This document shows, piece after piece, positions 17,015 through 26,315 of a stretch of 64,000 nt of DNA (positions are counted from its first letter, which is position 1; each line of letters begins with the position of its first letter). The DNA comes from Spirochaetia bacterium (GTDB taxonomy: Bacteria > Spirochaetota > Spirochaetia > UBA9216). The position numbers and the translations under genes are program-made. The notes below the pieces were generated by a model. That model saw only the letters and a list, made by a program, of their open reading frames with translations. It did not search any database and was not told where the DNA came from. The stretch covers positions 4,192,001 to 4,256,000 of the forward strand of contig OY776510.1 in assembly GCA_963675665.1 (NCBI GenBank), given 5' to 3'.

Positions 17015-18913
17015 ATCGAGTAGGCAGAAATCAATAAATTTCTGCCTCTCACACCACCGTACGTACCGTTCGGTATACGGCGGTTCAACCAAATAGACTG
17101 TGGTACCTCAAATCAAGTACCACCCGATCAGCCTCCATGCGTTTCGTATGGAGTTTCTTGTAGAAATCCAGAGCATCTAACAACCCAAAGTGATTATGAA
17201 TTATATCGTTCTTCAACAGAGGATTCATAACACCGGCCATTTTCCAATAAGAGTTGCTTCCAAGTTTCCAATGGCTCAGAACAGAATCACTAACGCCTAA
17301 TTGTCTCAAACGATGTTTTCTATTCCTTCCGGTTTTCCACTGTTTCCAAAGATATTGGCGAATGCGTCTTCTTGTCCACTCCACCAACCTTTCGAGGTAG
17401 TTTTTCATGGAGCTTCTTGCGAAGTATCCTATCCATCCTCTGAACATGCTGTTAAGCTCTTTAATAACCGTTTCAATCTTTACTCCTCTGTTACGTCGGG
17501 TAATTAGTCTGATACGGTCTTCGAGCTTCTTAAGTTTCTTCTTTTGAGGATAGACTATTCCTAATATTTCCTGTTTCCCGTAGGTCAAGAAGGTGAATCC
17601 GAGGAAGGAAGAGCCCGCGGCTTTTCGCGCCTCTGTCTTTTCCATATTCACTTTAAGTTTTAATTTTCGCTCAAGATAGCTTTTCACACTATCTCTCACC
17701 CGGTAAGAAGACCTCTTGCTCTTTGTGAAGATGTTACAGTCATCTGCGTACCTGACAAAACGTAATCCCCGCTTTTCCAATTCCTTGTCATACGGGGTTA
17801 GATAAATATTTGACAGTAGTGGAGACAGCGGTCCCCCCTGAGGTGTTCCCAAGGCTGTGGCCATCATACTTCCATCCGTCATCACTCCGCTTTTTAAGAA
17901 TACGTAGATGAGCCTCCTGATGTCCTTATCGTCCATGTGTTTGTCTATCAAACTCATTAGGATGTCATGGTTTACAGTGTCGAAGAACTTGGATAAATCC
18001 AAATCAACTACATGGGTGTATCCTTCGGACATGTAGGTCTGGGCGAGTCGAACCGCATCTTCTGCGCTTCTGTTCGGTCGAAACCCAAAACTAAAGTCGC
18101 TGAAAGTCGGTTCAAACACCGGAGTTAAAACCTGAACCATAGCCTGTTGGATTACACGGTCTATTACCGTGGGGATCCCCAGAAGTCGTACGCCCCCGTT
18201 GTCTTTTGGTATTTCTACTCGCAGTACTGGTTTTGGTTTGTACTTCCTGCTCAAAATCTGCCTGCATATTTCAGGATAGTTCGCCTCGAAGTATTTCGGG
18301 AGTTCTTCTACTCCCATTCCATCCACTCCACAGGCACCTTTATTTGCCATCACCTTTCTGACAGCTTCCTGAATATTTGCAGGGGAAATCAGTTGTTCGC
18401 ATAGATTGGTATTCGGTATTAACTTGTCGTCCTTTCTCATGTGTTCCTTTCTACTCTGAATTATCCCCTGTGAAGACTTTTTTTTTCGTCGTTCGGATTA
18501 TCAGGTAGGCCTTTCCGCTTTGAAAGGTATTTGATTGTTCAGCCCTTCATGATGTTTCCTCATCACTACTATGGCTTCTGCTGACTTCTCATGGCAAGCT
18601 TTACTCCGTCTATAATAAGCGATATTGCAGCCTAAGACGTCCATGAGACCTCCCCCGTTAAGGATAATGACTTTCCTTCCATGTAACCGCCACATTTACT
18701 TCATCAGTTGTAGTGCGGATTTCGTCACTTTTAGCAAACTCGTCCACTGATAAAGCCTTATATGTGATTTCTGTTCGTCGGTTCGGAAATTTGCCTCATG
18801 CTTCCTTCAGACCCAGCCTCACGACTACGCCCTTGCTGTCAGCTAACAGTTTCTTTAACACTACCACCTGTAACGGACTCTCACCGTCAAGTCATTACCC
18901 ATGCAGGGCAAAC
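17015..18913 (-). mobile_element. Group II intron, class IIC, apparently complete (1899 nt)
   Basis: 5' end GTTTGCCCTGCATGGG...GGTGAGAGTCC. Short domain V GAACCGCCGTATACCGAACGGTACGTACGGTGGTG, domain VI with bulged A, 3' end CTACTCGAT. Inserted directly after a terminator hairpin. Confidence 0.95.
17085..18440 (-). CDS. ltrA: Group II intron reverse transcriptase/maturase (no endonuclease domain)
   Basis: NKGACGVDG, RLLGIPTVIDR, DLSKFFD, GTPQGGPLSPLLSN, RYADD and X-domain RGWIGYF. Confidence 0.97.
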   Translation of the reverse strand: MRKDDKLIPNTNLCEQLISPANIQEAVRKVMANKGACGVDGMGVEELPKYFEANYPEICRQILSRKYKPKPVLRVEIPKDNGGVRLLGIPTVIDRVIQQAMVQVLTPVFEPTFSDFSFGFRPNRSAEDAVRLAQTYMSEGYTHVVDLDLSKFFDTVNHDILMSLIDKHMDDKDIRRLIYVFLKSGVMTDGSMMATALGTPQGGPLSPLLSNIYLTPYDKELEKRGLRFVRYADDCNIFTKSKRSSYRVRDSVKSYLERKLKLKVNMEKTEARKAAGSSFLGFTFLTYGKQEILGIVYPQKKKLKKLEDRIRLITRRNRGVKIETVIKELNSMFRGWIGYFARSSMKNYLERLVEWTRRRIRQYLWKQWKTGRNRKHRLRQLGVSDSVLSHWKLGSNSYWKMAGVMNPLLKNDIIHNHFGLLDALDFYKKLHTKRMEADRVVLDLRYHSLFG

Positions 18914-18914
18914 T

Positions 18915-18942
18915 AAAAAAACCGGGGTGTCCCCCGGTTTTT
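18915..18942 (-). terminator. Rho-independent terminator of tRNA-Val (intron target)
   Basis: AAAAACCGGGG-GACA-CCCCGG-T7, then one A, then the intron's first G. Confidence 0.9.
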
Positions 18943-18957
18943 AAACTGTAAATACTC

Positions 18958-19031
18958 TGGGCGACATTGGATTCGAACCAACGACCCCTTGCGTGTCGAG
19001 CAAGTGCTCTAACCAACTGAGCTAGCCGCCC
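18958..19031 (-). tRNA. tRNA-Val(GAC), CCA not encoded
   Basis: Full cloverleaf: GGGCGGC/GTCGCCC acceptor, GCTC D-stem, CTTGC-TCGACAC-GCAAG anticodon arm, GTTCGAATC T-loop, discriminator A. Confidence 0.93.
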
Positions 19032-19046
19032 CCTGACAGTAAGATT

Positions 19047-19074
19047 ATTATACAAAGTGTAGCAACTCTGTCAA
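19047..19074 (-). promoter_or_regulatory. Sigma70 promoter of tRNA-Val
   Basis: TTGACA-N16-TATAAT. Confidence 0.85.
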
Positions 19075-19099
19075 CATAATTCCGAATTTAAATCAGAAT

Positions 19100-19137
19100 A
19101 AAAAACCGCTGCTCATGGCAATACACAGCAGCGGTTT
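19100..19137 (-). terminator. Terminator of the che operon
   Basis: AAACCGCTGCT / AGCAGCGGTTT stem with a U-tract on the minus strand. Confidence 0.8.
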
Positions 19138-19162
19138 CATTTTTATACAATTCTTTAAGAAT

Positions 19163-19597
19163 CTATTTTATAGTCATAAGTATGCGCTCAAGGACTTTCG
19201 CCCTATCAAGCGGTTTTACAATATAATTCTTCGCGCCTATCAAAAGCGATTTCTTCACAAGGTCCTGCTTGCCGAGAGCGCTTATCATTATTACCTTGGC
19301 ATCCTTGTCGAATTCAATAATTTTTTCAAGCGCGGTAACACCGTCCATCTTGGGCATGGTTATATCCATTGTAACAAGATCTACGTTCGGATACTGCTCC
19401 TTATACATTTCGAAACCTTCCTGGCCGTCAGATGCTGTGCCCAGCACATCAAATCCTTCAGACGTCAAAATCTGGCTGATTTGTTTTGTAACAAACATGG
19501 AATCATCAACAACCAGAACCCTGTATTTGGATCCGTCCGGTTTCTGCCCTTCAGGCTTCCTTTCATTTATATTTGGAAAATCCTGTTTATTCTTCAT
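19163..19597 (-). CDS. cheY: Chemotaxis response regulator CheY
   Basis: VLVVDDS, MDITMPKMDG and IVKP; spirochaete-type N-terminal extension. Confidence 0.92.
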   Translation of the reverse strand: MKNKQDFPNINERKPEGQKPDGSKYRVLVVDDSMFVTKQISQILTSEGFDVLGTASDGQEGFEMYKEQYPNVDLVTMDITMPKMDGVTALEKIIEFDKDAKVIMISALGKQDLVKKSLLIGAKNYIVKPLDRAKVLERILMTIK

Positions 19598-19610
19598 TTA
19601 ATATCTCCTG

Positions 19611-20072
19611 TTACCTTTCTCTGACCGCTACATTTATTTCCATCTTTCCCTCACTGAGTTCAATCGGAACAATCAGGGCCTCAACACCTGTATCAGATAC
19701 TTCCATATTCTCACCCGTAAAAATTGCCGGCGGGGTTAAATCAAAAGTAAAGCCCAGTTCATGCAGTTTGGTGACGGCCTGCGCCGTTATCATGTTAGCC
19801 AGTTCTGTAATTGTAGCTTTGGCAAGATCGTCGAACGAACTGAGTTCTTCACCGTTCATTTTTCCAGCAATTCCCAGCGCCGTTTTCTCATTCATATCAA
19901 ACAGCACCCGGCCTTCAACATCTCCTGCAAGCCCGACAATAGCAGCAACGCCCAATACAGGCTGGGATGTTGATTTCAGATACAATTCACCTCTCTTTAT
20001 ATCAGAATCGACAACTTCTTTCATAATATTAAATGCTGCTTCAACAAATGGATTAATATACTCTACTCTCAT
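19611..20072 (-). CDS. cheX: CheY-P phosphatase CheX
   Basis: MRVEYINPF and the ExxN motif (ELANMI). Confidence 0.95.
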   Translation of the reverse strand: MRVEYINPFVEAAFNIMKEVVDSDIKRGELYLKSTSQPVLGVAAIVGLAGDVEGRVLFDMNEKTALGIAGKMNGEELSSFDDLAKATITELANMITAQAVTKLHELGFTFDLTPPAIFTGENMEVSDTGVEALIVPIELSEGKMEINVAVRER

Positions 20073-20078
20073 CTAACA

Positions 20079-20208
20079 CTCCTATAAAATTCCTGCCACT
20101 GAGGGCAGGTTTGTGACGTGAAGTTTACTAACTTCGTTAGTAAACTTCAAAATGATAAAATAGCAAAAGGTGCTTGCACCTTAGGCTATCTTTATCATTC
20201 CTCCTATA
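20079..20208 (-). other. Structured intergenic element: three hairpins between 8-bp direct repeats
   Basis: Hairpins at 20151-20199, 20119-20149 and 20092-20109. TATAGGAG (minus strand) at 20201-20208 and 20079-20086. Confidence 0.65.
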
Positions 20209-20209
20209 T

Positions 20210-21553
20210 TCAGATCTTTCTGTAAGCCTGGATACGTCCCCTGGTAACAGCTTCCCATCCGTTTCCTTTAACCACTTCATTAGCCCCTACTACCAGAATA
20301 CCATTCGGTTTCAGTTTATCATAAAATATATCAACCAGCTTCTGCTGATCACTTAAAGGCTGATAAGACATTACATCACGTGCAATTATCAAATCAACCG
20401 GCGGAAACTGATTGTCATGAGTAACATCATGATACTCAAAGAGTATAAGATCTTTTATCCCGGAAACAAAATGCCAGCCGTTTTTTCCTTCTGCAACATA
20501 TTCATCATAGAGATCCGGAACATTGCTTCTGGCAAATATAAGGTTTGGCGCAGTAGATATATTAAGCAGATCACTGTCATTTGCATAAATCTTCAGTTTT
20601 TTACTGCTGAATTTCTTCTTTAAACAAACGGCTGCGGAATATGCTTCTTCGCCCTTTCCGCACCCGACGTTCCAGACATGATACGTTCCGCTTTCACTTT
20701 CCTGAAGGATTTCAGAGAAGGCTTCCGCATAATCCTGTTCCCAGAAATGCCCGGTGTAAGGCGATTCAAAACCATGAAGAAACTCTTCCGCATCAACAGG
20801 ATTTTTTAATTGAATCTCAAGCCCGCTTTCACTGCGCAATTTTAACCACGAACTGAATCGTGTCTTTACCCAATTTTCATTGACGGGACTTACAAAAAAA
20901 CTTCGGAATGTGCCGAGAGTTTCTACAATGAATGAATAATCTACATGTTCTCCCGTTTCTGCGTCCTTTTTGACCGGTTGCTTTGTATCAACAGGAGCGG
21001 CACCCTTTATGTCCGGCTTGTTTCTTTTCTGCAGAGCATCTTCAGCAGTTTCCTGATTAAAAATACTCTCCACATCAAGAATGATGTAAAGTTTTTTTTC
21101 ATTCTCAACAATGCCTTTTATAAACTTGATATTAATATCACCGAACAGCGGATGCGGCGGCTGGATTTTCTCTGATGAAATTCCGACAACCTTGTCAATC
21201 GTATCTACGATCACTCCTATTGTATTATCTTCAAGACGTAAAATAATCATATTCTCCGGTGCGCCGCGATTATCCGGAACAGGCAGGCTGAACATCAGTC
21301 TTAAATCAATAACAGATATAATGTCGCCTCTTAAATTATAAACACCCTTCACATAAGGTATTGAATTCGGTACATAGGTAAATTTGGAAGCTTTGGAAAT
21401 CTCCTTAACCTTCATTATATCTATACCGTAATCCTTTCCACCTAATGAAAAGGTCACCATTTTATAATCTATGATATCGGTCTTCTCTTTCAGCTCCTCT
21501 CCGCTGTCGGCGAGAAAATCAAGATCATTTAAATTAATTATTTCAGAACTCAT
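20210..21553 (-). CDS. cheW: CheW-CheR-like fusion protein (spirochaete CheW3 type)
   Basis: N-terminal CheW (GVYNLRGDI); C-terminal CheR-like domain (VWNVGCGKGEEAYS, DLIIARDV). Confidence 0.92.
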   Translation of the reverse strand: MSSEIINLNDLDFLADSGEELKEKTDIIDYKMVTFSLGGKDYGIDIMKVKEISKASKFTYVPNSIPYVKGVYNLRGDIISVIDLRLMFSLPVPDNRGAPENMIILRLEDNTIGVIVDTIDKVVGISSEKIQPPHPLFGDINIKFIKGIVENEKKLYIILDVESIFNQETAEDALQKRNKPDIKGAAPVDTKQPVKKDAETGEHVDYSFIVETLGTFRSFFVSPVNENWVKTRFSSWLKLRSESGLEIQLKNPVDAEEFLHGFESPYTGHFWEQDYAEAFSEILQESESGTYHVWNVGCGKGEEAYSAAVCLKKKFSSKKLKIYANDSDLLNISTAPNLIFARSNVPDLYDEYVAEGKNGWHFVSGIKDLILFEYHDVTHDNQFPPVDLIIARDVMSYQPLSDQQKLVDIFYDKLKPNGILVVGANEVVKGNGWEAVTRGRIQAYRKI

Positions 21554-21564
21554 AAATCCTCACC

Positions 21565-23919
21565 TCAACTGATTGTTGCTTCCCGCATCTGGCGTTCTTC
21601 CAATTCTCTCTTTAACCCCAGCTCAAGAAGCTGACTTACATCTATTATCAGCGAAACAGTACCGTCACCCAGAATAGTTGCTCCGGCTATACCCGGTGAA
21701 CTGGTATATTTGTCTTTCAGCGGTTTTATTACGACATCTTCCTCTCCGATAAGCGAATCCACCACAAGCCCCATTTTTTTATCTCCACTGCCGACAATTA
21801 CAACAAAATGGTATTCCCCTACTTCATCAGTCTGAATCCTGAAAAGCCGGTTCAGCCTGATCAGCGAAACGACATCCTGACGGACATTGAATACCTCGTA
21901 ATTATCAATCATTTTAATTTCTTCAGGCTTTATCCTGTGGCTGTCGATAACGGAGGTAATTGGTATAGCATATATTTCCTGCCCTACCCTGACAAGCAGT
22001 CCCTGTATGATGGCAAGGGTCAAAGGCAGTTTGATAGTAAATACTGATCCGCTGCCTTTTTCAGAATAGACACTCACATTACCATTGAGCTTCTCTATCT
22101 GCTTGCGTACTACATCAAGACCTACTCCACGTCCGGAAATATTCGTTACCTCTTTGGCAGTAGAAAACCCGGCTTCAAATATAAGGTTAAATGCTTCAAC
22201 ATCTGAAAGATTTTTCGACGGATGAATGAGACCATTATCAATAGCTTTCTTTCGAACCTTTTCTACATCTATTCCTTTGCCGTCGTCACTGATTTCTATG
22301 ACAATCATGTTGCCTTCGTTCCTGGCCTTTAATAAAACAGTTCCTGCTTTCGGTTTTCCTGATGCTTTGCGCTCATCAGGATTCTCGATACCGTGGTCTA
22401 CAGAATTTCTTACACAGTGAATAAGCGGGTCAAGAAGATCATCAATAACTGATTTATCCAGTTCCGTATCTTCTCCTTCAATTACCAGTTTTATTTCTTT
22501 TCCGCACGAACGTGAAAGATCCCGCACCAGGCGTGGAAACCGGGAGAATATCTGTGATATCGGAACCATCCGAATCTGCATTACGCCTTCCTGAAGTTCA
22601 CTTGTTGTCCGGGCAAGACTTTGTGCCGTATTAAGGAATTTAGCAACAGTATTTTTAAGATTACCTTCAATGCCGTCAAAAACACTGAAGAGATTACCGT
22701 AGTGCTCGTTTATCTCAGTTCTGATTTCTTTTATCTCGGTTCCATTTTGTATTTTTTGCAGATAATCAGGCAACTTGTCAAAAAGTTCTTTGAGTTTCTC
22801 TCTGTAAACGGTTTGATTAGCCTGTAATTCAAGCAGGTTTTCTGAAAAACTGCTGCTTATTTGATTGAATGACGCTTTTGTAATAACAGTCTCCGAAACA
22901 AGGTTGAGAAGATTATCTATTCGTCTGGAATCAACTCTTAGAATAGACCCGCTGCTCTTGTTGGTTCGTCTGATATCCTTTACAGGCTGCCTGGATTCTT
23001 CCGCCTCATCCGGCTTTTGTTCAGGCAGCGCAACACCGGATTTAACGGGTTCTTCAGACACACTCTGTTTCTCAGCTTCCGGTTGGACTGTTTCCTCTTC
23101 ATCGGATTCTTTGGCAACCAGTCCCTCTACCTCGGAATCAACATCAAGATATTTTACAACCGACTCAATAATTACATCTGGAATGTTTACTGCTTTTTCA
23201 ATCTCATCAGTTGACAATTCCGTTGCAATATAAAAATCAGCTTCCGGGTGAAATACATCTTTGTATAATTCATCAAAATCAGGATTGGAACTTAATATTT
23301 TGCTGTTTTTATTCAATGCGGCATATATCTGTACTCCGCCTACCGTATTCATTGGATTATCTTCGTTAAATACTATGTGAACGGTAATCAGTTTTTCATT
23401 CTCTTCACACTGCTCTTTCATTTCAAGCAATTCATATTCAGAAGGTCCTGCATCTCCGGAGGGTTCAGCCTTTTTTGCCGCCGGTTCTTTTACTGCAGGC
23501 TCCTGATCAACTACCGGTTTCTCTCCGTTGATGAATGCTTCAAGCTTTCCGGAAACCTCGCTGGTATCTTCATTATAAATACCGCCGTCCGTTCGGGCTT
23601 CAAGCATGGCTTTGATAATATCGATTGCTTCCAGAATAACATCAACTACTTCAGGAGTAACCTCGACCTTTCCGGCCCTTATTTCATCAAGAGCATCTTC
23701 ACAGAGATGTGTGAAATGCGACAGCTCATCCATCTGAACCGTTCCGGCTGCCCCCTTCAGGGTATGTGCAGCCCTGAAAATTTCGTCGACAGCCTCTTTG
23801 TTATGAGGCTCGTTCTCAAGCACCAGGATGTTCTGTTCAAAAGTTTCAACCTGGAGCTCAGCTTCCATAAAGAAATCTTTAAGAAGTTCTTCATTATTAG
23901 GATCTAGGTAATCGCTCAT
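21565..23919 (-). CDS. cheA: Chemotaxis histidine kinase CheA
   Basis: FRAAHTLKG, RNSVDHGIE, GFSTA...SGRGVGLDVV and a C-terminal P5 domain. Confidence 0.98.
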   Translation of the reverse strand: MSDYLDPNNEELLKDFFMEAELQVETFEQNILVLENEPHNKEAVDEIFRAAHTLKGAAGTVQMDELSHFTHLCEDALDEIRAGKVEVTPEVVDVILEAIDIIKAMLEARTDGGIYNEDTSEVSGKLEAFINGEKPVVDQEPAVKEPAAKKAEPSGDAGPSEYELLEMKEQCEENEKLITVHIVFNEDNPMNTVGGVQIYAALNKNSKILSSNPDFDELYKDVFHPEADFYIATELSTDEIEKAVNIPDVIIESVVKYLDVDSEVEGLVAKESDEEETVQPEAEKQSVSEEPVKSGVALPEQKPDEAEESRQPVKDIRRTNKSSGSILRVDSRRIDNLLNLVSETVITKASFNQISSSFSENLLELQANQTVYREKLKELFDKLPDYLQKIQNGTEIKEIRTEINEHYGNLFSVFDGIEGNLKNTVAKFLNTAQSLARTTSELQEGVMQIRMVPISQIFSRFPRLVRDLSRSCGKEIKLVIEGEDTELDKSVIDDLLDPLIHCVRNSVDHGIENPDERKASGKPKAGTVLLKARNEGNMIVIEISDDGKGIDVEKVRKKAIDNGLIHPSKNLSDVEAFNLIFEAGFSTAKEVTNISGRGVGLDVVRKQIEKLNGNVSVYSEKGSGSVFTIKLPLTLAIIQGLLVRVGQEIYAIPITSVIDSHRIKPEEIKMIDNYEVFNVRQDVVSLIRLNRLFRIQTDEVGEYHFVVIVGSGDKKMGLVVDSLIGEEDVVIKPLKDKYTSSPGIAGATILGDGTVSLIIDVSQLLELGLKRELEERQMREATIS

Positions 23920-24041
23920 CTTAGTATTAATGATATCTATTCATGGTTTTAAGTCAAGACTTTTTTTCGGCAGTTTTTCATCAATTATTCCGTGAAAACA
24001 CTCGATAAACTAAGTATAATAGGAATAGGAGCTTCTATATT

Positions 24042-25211
24042 ATGAAAAAAATCAAGGCGTCTCTACTTTTATCCGTCCTCATTCCTTTTTCTGTATTCAG
24101 CGCCGATATATCGATACCTTCTCTTGAAATTGTAACCCACATGTATCCCGACAACGGATTGTTTGCGCTTCAGACACAAGGCTCTTTTGAGATGGCAGTT
24201 GAGGGCGGATACAAATTCGGCGGCAAACTTAAACTCGGTATTGACGATGCGGTTGTTGATGATATTTTCGGTACTAATACAGCTACTGTTGAAGATGTGG
24301 ACGGTAATGAAATAACCGTTTCCGATTTGTCAGGCGGCGGAGCAGGGCTTCCGGTTTTATCTTTTCAGGCTGCTGAGGTTACAATAAATGAGATTCTCAG
24401 CATACCGCTTTCATTTTCTTATTTTACCGGAATTATCGACGACTTCTGTACGGGAAGCATTTTCCATACATACTTCGGAACCAGTATAATTGCACCCAAA
24501 CTAAGCGGTTTTCTCTATTTTGGAGACGGAATAAACTATGACGGCCTGCATTCCGTTGCCGGAACAGGAGTTGCTTTTTCATCGACATTCGGTACAGACT
24601 GGAATTATACCAAAGCATATATTTATCAGGATGCATATCTCGGCACCGGATATTATTCATCTGATATAAGGTCTTCTTTTAATCTTGGAGATCTGAAACT
24701 TGAAGCATTTGTCGGGGCTTCTTTCCCTGTTTCTCAATACGGTATTTACCGGGGAGGATTGCTGTTATACTATAAAGCAAGCGATACGGGCAGTTTCTTT
24801 GCACAAGTGGGTATACCGCGTTATAATCCTGCTGCTGATACATTCGGCATTGATCTTTTTTATTTTCTTTTCGAACCGAGGCTCAGTTTCGGAATTTTTG
24901 GAGTGAACCTGTCTTTTTTCTGGCACCCTTCATATTATCATAATACACTTACCAATGAAGACGGCTCGATTGACCTGCTTGTGGATCTTGCAGTCGGTGA
25001 TATTGAAGTTTTTCCTGTAACCGGCGGATTGTCTTCACAACTTAAATACAATGCAATGTCTGCATCTGATCAGTTTTCAACCACTGTTTCACCCTATATG
25101 AGCATAGCGACATCAGGCGTGCTCTGGGATCTTAAACTTGATGTAAACATACTGCCTTTTAATATTGATACAATGTTTGAAGGATATATCGGTGTTAGGG
25201 CGGAGTTTTAA
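24042..25211 (+). CDS. Putative outer membrane beta-barrel protein
   Basis: Signal peptide, aromatic-rich alternating strands and C-terminal YIGVRAEF. Confidence 0.6.
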   Translation: MKKIKASLLLSVLIPFSVFSADISIPSLEIVTHMYPDNGLFALQTQGSFEMAVEGGYKFGGKLKLGIDDAVVDDIFGTNTATVEDVDGNEITVSDLSGGGAGLPVLSFQAAEVTINEILSIPLSFSYFTGIIDDFCTGSIFHTYFGTSIIAPKLSGFLYFGDGINYDGLHSVAGTGVAFSSTFGTDWNYTKAYIYQDAYLGTGYYSSDIRSSFNLGDLKLEAFVGASFPVSQYGIYRGGLLLYYKASDTGSFFAQVGIPRYNPAADTFGIDLFYFLFEPRLSFGIFGVNLSFFWHPSYYHNTLTNEDGSIDLLVDLAVGDIEVFPVTGGLSSQLKYNAMSASDQFSTTVSPYMSIATSGVLWDLKLDVNILPFNIDTMFEGYIGVRAEF

Positions 25212-25212
25212 T

Positions 25213-26106
25213 ATGAAAAAAATTATTCTTATATTTGTGATTGTTTCAGCTGTCGCATTGCCTGCTTTTTCCGCTGAAACTGGCGGTAGTTTTACAATAG
25301 GAAACAACAATCTTACTGCATCACCTATGACAACAGCTGAGTTTCCAGGCAACGCATTCCCCTGGGGAGCATCGCTGTTCTGGAAAAAACCGGCAAACGA
25401 TATCTCAGGGATTGAGATAGGATTTTACAGAGATCCAATTCTGAAAAACCTTGGTTATACAAATTTTTATTACAATGATGAACTTTTCAACATAGAAGTG
25501 GGGCCTTTCTTCGGATTGTTCAATACAGCAGAGACTCTAATAAAATCAGGAATAGCTACATCGATGCGACTGAATATTCCCGGGTTTGCTTTCGCCCAAT
25601 TTGATACCCAGAGTACTATCGGCGGGCGCCTTGTTTCTGCAGGCGACTATATTCAGGAAGCCAATAATATTTCATTGGGATTCTATGTTTATAACGCTAT
25701 CTGTACAATTTTAATTGACACCAAAAGCTATACTTCCATAATTGCGTCAGGCTCTTCACAAACGGAAGATTTCACCGAATATGCATTTGTAGCAGATATC
25801 TTTCAGAAGAATGTGCCCTACACTGTTCAGCTGAAAATAGGGTATCAACAAAAAGTCCGTACTCTCGAAGCCGTAAGCATTGAAAGACTTAATTCCATAG
25901 TACTCGGAACGGATCTTAAGGTTTCTCCTTTTGAATTCCTTTCTGTTTTTCTTGGTATCGAAAGCTGTGTATATTCTTTCGGTTATCTTGAAGATTCTGC
26001 AGCAGGCACCAAAGAATTGATTACATTTTCCAAAGTATTCCCTGGAAATTTTTTATATAATGCAACAGTCGGGGTATCTTTGGATCTGGAAAATATCAAT
26101 AATTAA
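25213..26106 (+). CDS. Exported hypothetical protein, possibly a beta-barrel
   Basis: Signal peptide (AFS|A) and beta-rich sequence; coupled to the upstream gene. Confidence 0.6.
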   Translation: MKKIILIFVIVSAVALPAFSAETGGSFTIGNNNLTASPMTTAEFPGNAFPWGASLFWKKPANDISGIEIGFYRDPILKNLGYTNFYYNDELFNIEVGPFFGLFNTAETLIKSGIATSMRLNIPGFAFAQFDTQSTIGGRLVSAGDYIQEANNISLGFYVYNAICTILIDTKSYTSIIASGSSQTEDFTEYAFVADIFQKNVPYTVQLKIGYQQKVRTLEAVSIERLNSIVLGTDLKVSPFEFLSVFLGIESCVYSFGYLEDSAAGTKELITFSKVFPGNFLYNATVGVSLDLENINN

Positions 26107-26128
26107 ATCTGCTTTAGGCAAAATTTTA

Positions 26129-26158
26129 GGGCTGCATTCAAAATGCAGCCCATTTTTT
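26129..26158 (+). terminator. Rho-independent terminator
   Basis: GGGCTGCATT-caa-AATGCAGCCC followed by ATTTTTT. Confidence 0.85.
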
Positions 26159-26163
26159 ATTTA

Positions 26164-26215
26164 GGGGACTTCTAAAAACTGCAGTTTTATAAAACTTTAG
26201 TTTTCGAAGTCTTCC
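26164..26215. repeat. Palindromic REP-like element, copy 3 (duplicated core)
   Basis: GGGGACTTCTAAAAACTGCAGTTTTATAAAACTTTAGTTTTCGAAGTCTTCC. Confidence 0.7.
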
Positions 26216-26315
26216 TTAGATATACTGGATGTTTATTTATTGACTGATAAGGAAATAAATAAACTCCCGGAAACACAGAGTGTTTCAAAACTCTGATAAG
26301 CCCAATTTAGGGTTT

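Noticed and set aside
17085-18440. RT as a retron, DGR, CRISPR-associated or defence RT
   Set aside because: It has the maturase X domain and lies inside clear group IIC intron RNA boundaries. No template/variable repeat pair, msr-msd or cas genes are visible.
20183-20205. Mini-ORF MIKIA after AGGAGG
   Set aside because: Only 1 nt separates the SD from the ATG, and the ATG is buried in a hairpin.
20079-20208. c-di-GMP or other known riboswitch before cheX
   Set aside because: I could not find the GEMM consensus (GGCAAAC...GAAA tetraloop/receptor). Kept as an unclassified structured element.
20210-21553. CheW-CheR fusion as a novelty
   Set aside because: Already known in spirochaetes (CheW3 type).
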